Positions 57,901 through 64,000 of a stretch of 64,000 nucleotides of DNA are shown one piece after another; position 1 is the stretch's first letter, and each line of letters starts with the position of its first letter. The notes below the pieces were generated by a model. The model did not search any database. It was not told the origin of the DNA and was given only the letters and a program-made list of their open reading frames with translations. A program made the position numbers and the translations under genes. Source of the stretch: the human T2T-CHM13v2.0 reference genome, Homo sapiens; the NCBI RefSeq assembly GCF_009914755.1, contig NC_060930.1; one strand, given 5' to 3'.

Positions 57901-60809
57901 GTGTTCTCAGGGGACACACTGTGGACGGTGGACCAGTTCCTAGCGCCGTTTTGTCCCCCATTGCCCCTGCTGCTTGTTAAAAGTATTAGCGACCCCCGTG
58001 ATGGCAATCCACAATTTTTGGAGGGTGCGGGTGGCATGTACGGACGTGAAGGTCTCTTTGTGAGGCACGTCCACGCACACACAGGGACACTCATTTTGTA
58101 AAACCTAGATGGGCGCTGCCACCACCCCTCCATGCCACCCGCGTACCAATCAAGGATGCAGGTTGTAGAAAACACCTGGACGTGTGTGGGCTGCACCTTA
58201 AAACAGAATTCACCCAGTAGGCACTCCCAAATCCAAATAAAGTGCGTAGGGTGCTTTGAGACTTGGGGGGAGGGGTGTTAAAAAGTTACTTGTAAACAAT
58301 ACATTTAAGGTTATTTTCAAGTGAATGTTTAAAGTGCTGCCTGCTCCAAGCTCTAATAACACATTAGTGCGATAATAACACTCCTTGCATCTGCCAGGAG
58401 CCCTCCAACTGGCTGCCAGAGGTTCCACGAGGTTCGCGGTGGTTGGTGTAGGCGAAGGCTACTAAAAGGGGCGAAAAAGAACCCAAAGCCATGCCTGTGG
58501 GGTTTGCCAGCGCCGACCCGCTCCTCGCCAGCGCCCGCGGCCAAGCGGACCCGGCCTTCCGAAGGAGCCATCTTGCGCGCAGCAGCAGCAGCGGCTGAGC
58601 CTGAGCCCCTAAACAGCTGCAGAGGTGTGACAGGTTTATTATGCTGGGCCTAGCTCGCTCGCAATTCCTTAAAGACAAAGGGCAGCAGAGAGAGCCCGCG
58701 ACGGGGCCTGGCCTACCCGGGTTCCACGCACCTCCTGCACAAACTCGGGCAAGATTGCTTTGCCATGGTATGTGAGTTTAACTGAAGGTTTAACTTTCTC
58801 AGTTTTTCCTTAAAAATATCAAGGTGGAAGATGTTTTGTAACATTTGAAACCAACAGCCAAAGTCTGGCAGAGCAGGAAAAAATAAGTTTACTGAAATTT
58901 AATTGAGATTTAAGATAGAAGAAACCCTGTAATAAGAATTGTCTTGAAGGATGTCCAAATGAATTTCTCTCATAGCACAGAAATAGATAAAAAATGCCGA
59001 AGTAAATCGATTCTCCTTTTCTCCTTTTAAACCACATACACCAGGAAGCCAAATGAACTCCCGCTCCTTCCATTACTCAGGGTGCAGGAGCAGTGAGAAG
59101 GTTGCAACCAAAAATACTTTTTAGTTTCCTTCAAACATGGATGCTGCCATCCGTTTGGAGAAGTAGAATTCAACATCATGGCTCAACTGGAGCTGCATAA
59201 ACCCCTGCCTAGAATCTCTCCTGATTCTAGGTGTCCAAACAAGCAACACTGAATTAAACAGGGCCATGGCAAGCCTGAGGGCCCCTGGAATAGTCTCTCC
59301 TGGGTGTGGGAAGGGAGGTTCCGGTGGTCAGAGGAGAGGGGGTGCCTGCCCATCAGGGTCAAGGCTAAGAGGAATGTGACTCTTTGTGAGATTTGTTGGA
59401 GGATGTGTGTGACAGTGGGTTTGGGAGTTGGGTTTGCAAGTGTTTGTGAGAATGTGTGACTGTGAGATGGCATGTTTGTGGAGTGTATGTGCACTTGTGA
59501 ATGGATGTGCATGGATGTTTGTGTTCGAGCCAATGTGTGAGTATGTATCTGTGTGTGTGCCCACTATCCCGCCCAGGCTGAGGCCCGGCCTCCCAGCAAC
59601 CATGTGTTTCCAATTAGCAGCATCCCGCCTGGGAGTGCAGAGAAGGCGAGTCCTGGGACAGCTTCTGAGGAGCGGGTGGGCTAGCTCAGGCCCCCCAGTT
59701 CTGCTCCATCGAGGGCGAGGCCGCCCGGCCAGCAAGCTTTCACAGCAACTGGGCAGCCACACAAAGAGCCCTCTCTCCTGCGCCAGTCGTTGGAGACTCG
59801 GTCCTCCCCCAGATCATAAACCTGCCTGTGAAGACGTTCAGAAATAGTTTACCCGCACTCACACACACATGTGCAAAGGCTGGAATTCCATTTGCTATAA
59901 AGTTTTATTTTATTTTGCTTGGAAGGGGAGTGAGGGGGAGAAGTGTCCTGACCTAATTTGTTCTAGGGCAAAATACTGTATTTCATGTGGAGGTATACAC
60001 CTGTACATGAATCCTTGCTTGCTGCCTGTGGGTGTCCTGCACATGTGTGCGTCAGCCTACCTGTAGCTGTACACCATACACAGCTCAGGAGCACACACCT
60101 GTGGTCTTACCCAGGCCACCTAAATGATGCATGCAAACAAACCAGATCCAGAGATCTGAGGCTGAGCCTTAAACCTTTTTATTATAGCTTCAAATTAACG
60201 CTGATGTCGTTCAAGTGCATAGCACAATGTCTGGCATGTATTAGGCACTTAACATAAATGGCTGAATGAATACATTAAACTGAGATTTAAAAAGTGACCT
60301 AGTAGTCATAAGAAGAGGCTGCAAATAAGCACTGTGTAAAAGATTCTAGACCACAAGGAAAGGCACAGGCTCAGAGACCTCTAGGTAACTTGGTGGCTTT
60401 GCCATGGAATGTTCCAACAGTATTTGCTTACCTTCAAGTTTCTTCTTCTGACCCCCCTCTATTTCTCAAGACTTCTTTTTCAGATGGGTGAGAGCCCTTG
60501 GGTTCTAATTATAGTCAGCAGAGACCAGCCAGGGTGTGAATTCCTCCCTTCTGCAGGAACTAGGTTTCCAGAGTGACTTGTCACCAGGAGGGGGAAAGAA
60601 ATGTCCCAGGCAAAGACTAAGGAGGAGGCTCGCCGGAGCACCCCCGCCCCCCTTAGCCTTGCAGGAGTCCTCCCACCAAGGGCTTTCTCAAAACAGGGCA
60701 AGGCCTGACCACAGCGATCTCATTCCAAGGCCTGGATTGTGGGGTTGTTTGGGGACCCCTATAGCCGTGTTCATAACTTGGGAGAAAACATCCACACTGA
60801 CCCTGTGAA

Positions 60810-61172
60810 TGCTAGTTCACAGAAAGACCATTTTTAATATGAAAAGAGAAAAACAATTTGAAGGCCCCACAATTTGTTGTGTAACAACATAATTTCAAGT
60901 AAAGTGAATGTGATTAAAACATCTTGATTTCACAAAGCCATTCAGAGGAGGCTTCGACAAACGCAAAGCGACCCAAACCCTGGAGGGTCACATCCCGGCT
61001 GCTACAAACCTCGGCGGGGCGGCCCCGCTCTTGCGGCCGGGACAGCGCAGCGGCAGCAGGGGCCGCAGGGGACCCGCAGATTGGCACGCCGCTCCCCATC
61101 CCCGCAGCGCGTCTGCACCGGAGACTCTGCGGGGATTGTAGCCGGAGGGCGGGCCGGGCTCCGAGGCGCTGC
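60810..61172 (-). other. GMDS: GMDS 3'UTR with ATTAAA poly(A) signal
   Basis: Follows the GMDS stop on the minus strand. Minus-strand ATTAAA at 60833-60838 (plus tttaat). End approximate. Confidence 0.75.
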
Positions 61173-61235
61173 TCAGGCATTGGGGTTTGTCCTCATGAGC
61201 TCCACGTCGGCGTGCACCATCTCCCTCACCAGCTC
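61173..61235 (-). CDS. GMDS: GDP-mannose 4,6-dehydratase, last coding exon (ELVREMVHADVELMRTNPNA*)
   Basis: Matches the GMDS C-terminus. Acceptor tgttgcAG at 61237-61236. TGA at 61175-61173. Confidence 0.96.
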   Translation of the reverse strand, partial: ELVREMVHADVELMRTNPNA

Positions 61236-61475
61236 CTGCAACACAGGGGTGGGCGTGAGGGAGGAGCTTCTGCCACTCTCTCCTGGTGACACCCCACCCC
61301 GGGTGTCGGCCCCAGAGAGGCCTCCGCGTCCCTCGTTCCAGCTCCCCTCACTTCTCCCGCACCCCGCCTTCCGGGCTTTGGGCATCGCAGGCGCCTCAGG
61401 CGCCCGACCCTGAGAGCTGCCGCCCTGCAGCCCGGGGCCCCGCAGCGGGCGGCGTGCGCCCTAAGAGATACTCAC

Positions 61476-61544
61476 ATCGAAAGCGACCCGGGGCTTCCAG
61501 TTCAGCTTCTGTTTCGCTTTGGTGCAGTCGCCCTGCAGAAAGTC
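61476..61544 (-). CDS. GMDS: GDP-mannose 4,6-dehydratase, penultimate exon (DFLQGDCTKAKQKLNWKPRVAFD)
   Basis: 69-bp phase-0 exon with acceptor ctcttcttccctAG and donor GTGAGT. Joins in frame to the last exon across a 240-bp intron (61236-61475). Upstream exons lie outside the window. Confidence 0.96.
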
Positions 61545-61831
61545 CTAGGGAAGAAGAGGGGGAGACGAAGCAGGCGTGGGTCGTGGGGGTGGGGGCAGCA
61601 GGTCCCGAGCCCCGGGAACTCCCACCGTTCCGCTCCCTCTGGGCGCACAAGGCTCCGGGTTTCCCTGCTTTCGGTCCCTGCTGTGCGCGTTCAGTTGCGG
61701 CTCTCGGCGCCGTAAATCACTAGGTCGCGGTTAAGAATGTGCTGTGCGGACCCGTGAGGACCGTGACCGCGATCCACCCCCAGCTACCTCCACACCTCTT
61801 CTCCCCAAGGCGTCCCTTGGGCTCTTAATGC

Positions 61832-61858
<27 letters not shown>
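61832..61858. repeat. T27 homopolymer (A27 on the GMDS sense strand)
   Basis: Directly visible. Confidence 0.95.
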
Positions 61859-61862
<4 letters not shown>

Positions 61863-62687
61863 CATGAAGTTGTCAGGGACGCTCCTATGAGAACTGTTTG
61901 GAATTGCTGCACTTCTCTGGCTAGGAGGGAAGTGAGTAAATCACCAGGCGCCCCTCCCAGCTGCCCGTGTCCCTGCGCCGCTCAGCTCCTGCCGCAGGGC
62001 TGGCCGCGCCAAGCGCGCGTCCTACCCAAAGCCACCAGCCCCGCGGGGAAGGGACTCGGGCTGTGGGGCGCGAGGCCCCAGGACTCGGGGACCCCTCTAC
62101 CTCGGCGGCAGCGTGCGACCCTCTTTCTAACGCGGCCGTGGATGTTTCTTCCCGGGCCGCAGCCAAGCGCGGTTCTTCCTGGGCGGTGGCTTTGGGCTTT
62201 TCGTACCCACAGTCAAGTCAGTTCACGTCGCCTCCCGCACACACGCGTTCATAAAACGAAACTGGAGTTTCACGAAGCAATTCTTAGGCTTAGCGTCCAG
62301 GAACGCTGTAGACGGTCTATTCTATTCTACCCCTATTCTACTCGGTTCGATTCTGTTCCTAAGAAAATGCCGATCTCGACCCACTTGTACTTCCACGAGC
62401 GGAGCTGCAGCCAGCAGCTCTGCAGGACCCCGCACTGCCCGCCACCGTCCCCTCTGGCAGTGCCTTCCTCCTCCCGCTTTCCCCAACTGCTCCACTCGAG
62501 GAAACAAGGGCATTTCATCTCCATCGACTTAAGAGGCTTCCCTGGAAGGAAGGCTGGCTAAAAGAAAACCAGCGGAGAAGAACTTAATCCTGCTCTCAGC
62601 CCCTACTCACCAATGTCTTTCTTACAGCTCTGTGAAGACTGACTGACATGAAGGTTGAGATGAGAATTTCAAGATGAATTACAAAAT

Positions 62688-62752
62688 AGGAAAGAAGGAA
62701 GAAAGGAGGAAAGGAGAAAGGGAGGAAAGAAAGGAGGGAAGAAAGAAAAAAG
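62688..62752. repeat. GA-rich polypurine low-complexity tract
   Basis: aggaaagaaggaagaaaggaggaaaggagaaagggagg... Confidence 0.85.
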
Positions 62753-64000
62753 ACTTTGAGATACATAATTGCTAGAAGTGAGATAAATATTTAGCTTTTG
62801 CATACACAAATGTACTCGTCAAATAACACATCAGATGTGATTCCTCGAAATAAACCGAACGCAAAGGCCGTACGAAAATAGCCGATCTTTAAAGGTGAGA
62901 AATACTCGATCATTCTATTTCAGCTACATACAAATTAAAGAACAGCCTAAAAGGAGTTTCATCGTGTGAAAGTAACAGCCAGTCAAGCTGCCACTGAAAG
63001 CCTTTCCTGCTTATTTTCTTCAGACTTCCCTGAAACTTGGCAGGTGGGGAATTTGTTCTAGATTCATGATGGTCGAGAGGGCAGGGGTGGGACCTGCTTT
63101 GCCCTGGGTTTGGAGCTCACCTTCTCTGCTGAGCCTTCTAGAGCAGAGGCTGTCTGGATCCTGCTGAATGTCTGCACCGTGGGCTTGCAATGGGGCTGCA
63201 GCAGTACACGCAGCGACTCTCGCTGTCGTTCTCATCATCCATCACTACTTTTTCAAACGCTTTGCATTTCGCAATACACTGAAGTACCAGTTTCCTCCCC
63301 AGAGTGTTAATAGTACTAAAACAAGTTATTTCTGCTGGCCCTAAAAGTCCATATACAGATTCTTCAGGAAAAGTAGAATACAAAAAGTAGTAATTAGCAA
63401 TTTAACATAGCGCTACAAGGAAATAGCAATATAAGCAGAAAAACGAAGTAATTTATTTTTCTTTCCCCTCCCTAAATAAACTTGTATATATTTCTACAGG
63501 CTTCTATTTTGCTATAAGCGTCACACAAAGATACTCATTCTTTTTCCCCAGAGGAAGCTGTGCAATGTGGAGTCATGCAGCCCATCCCTCCCCTCTCTCA
63601 ATCCTATAGCGGCTAGACGGTGTGGAGAAACATGGTTATTGTTTAATCACATCACACTGGCTGTAAATCAACCAGCACGACATAGGATGCATTTCATGGC
63701 TGTGAACTCATAGTCAGCAAAACCCTAAAACCCAGTTTGGCTTCAAATAATCTTGGTAGGCTTGGGAAATGGAGCTTTGTATTGTAATTATGTTTCCTGT
63801 AGTTTTCTACAAGTAGCTCACAATATAAAAACAACCAGGGAACTACAATTAAGGAAAAAGAAAAATGTTTTTCAAAGGCTTAGAAACAGACCTTGCTACC
63901 ATACACTGTAAAAGTATTTCATTGAAACCAGAGACGCACCCAGTTAAACTTCTCAATTTAGTTTTGAGCCTAGCTCCAATACTGCAGTCTAGCTGCTTCC

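Larger units (their letters stand above)
60980..62300. promoter_or_regulatory. CpG island overlapping the 3' exons of GMDS
   Basis: Dense CpG across the last two GMDS exons and adjacent introns. Confidence 0.75.

Noticed and set aside
50907-58196. Many 100-250 aa ORFs in the downstream CpG islands
   Set aside because: Present in all frames on both strands, the signature of stop-codon depletion rather than coding.
61236-61385. N-terminal part of the 70-aa minus ORF 61173-61385
   Set aside because: This is GMDS intron read in frame. The true exon starts at the acceptor at 61235.

Overview
Human genomic DNA from the FOXC1 locus (6p25.3), recognised from the translated proteins. Bases ~1-30 kb are repeat-dense intergenic sequence: nested old L1s, Alus, an MLT1 LTR, DNA transposons and microsatellites. 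From ~33.7 kb onward there are almost no recognisable transposons and a chain of CpG islands appears. This part holds the probable FOXCUT lncRNA region, the intronless FOXC1 gene (+, CDS 47447-49111, 554 aa, apparently a one-glycine-longer allele) with a ~1.8 kb 3'UTR, and the last two coding exons and 3'UTR of GMDS on the minus strand, converging on FOXC1. An RNY4-derived pseudogene lies at ~33.6 kb. This is a well-studied locus and I found no convincing new protein-coding gene or novel system. The best leads are regulatory: a CTCF-like site at the repeat boundary, a PBX-HOX/MEIS composite, a promoter-like module inside the FOXC1 3'UTR, a pre-miRNA-like hairpin, and 5'UTR uORF/G4 elements. 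Repeat subfamily names and CpG island borders were judged by eye and are approximate.
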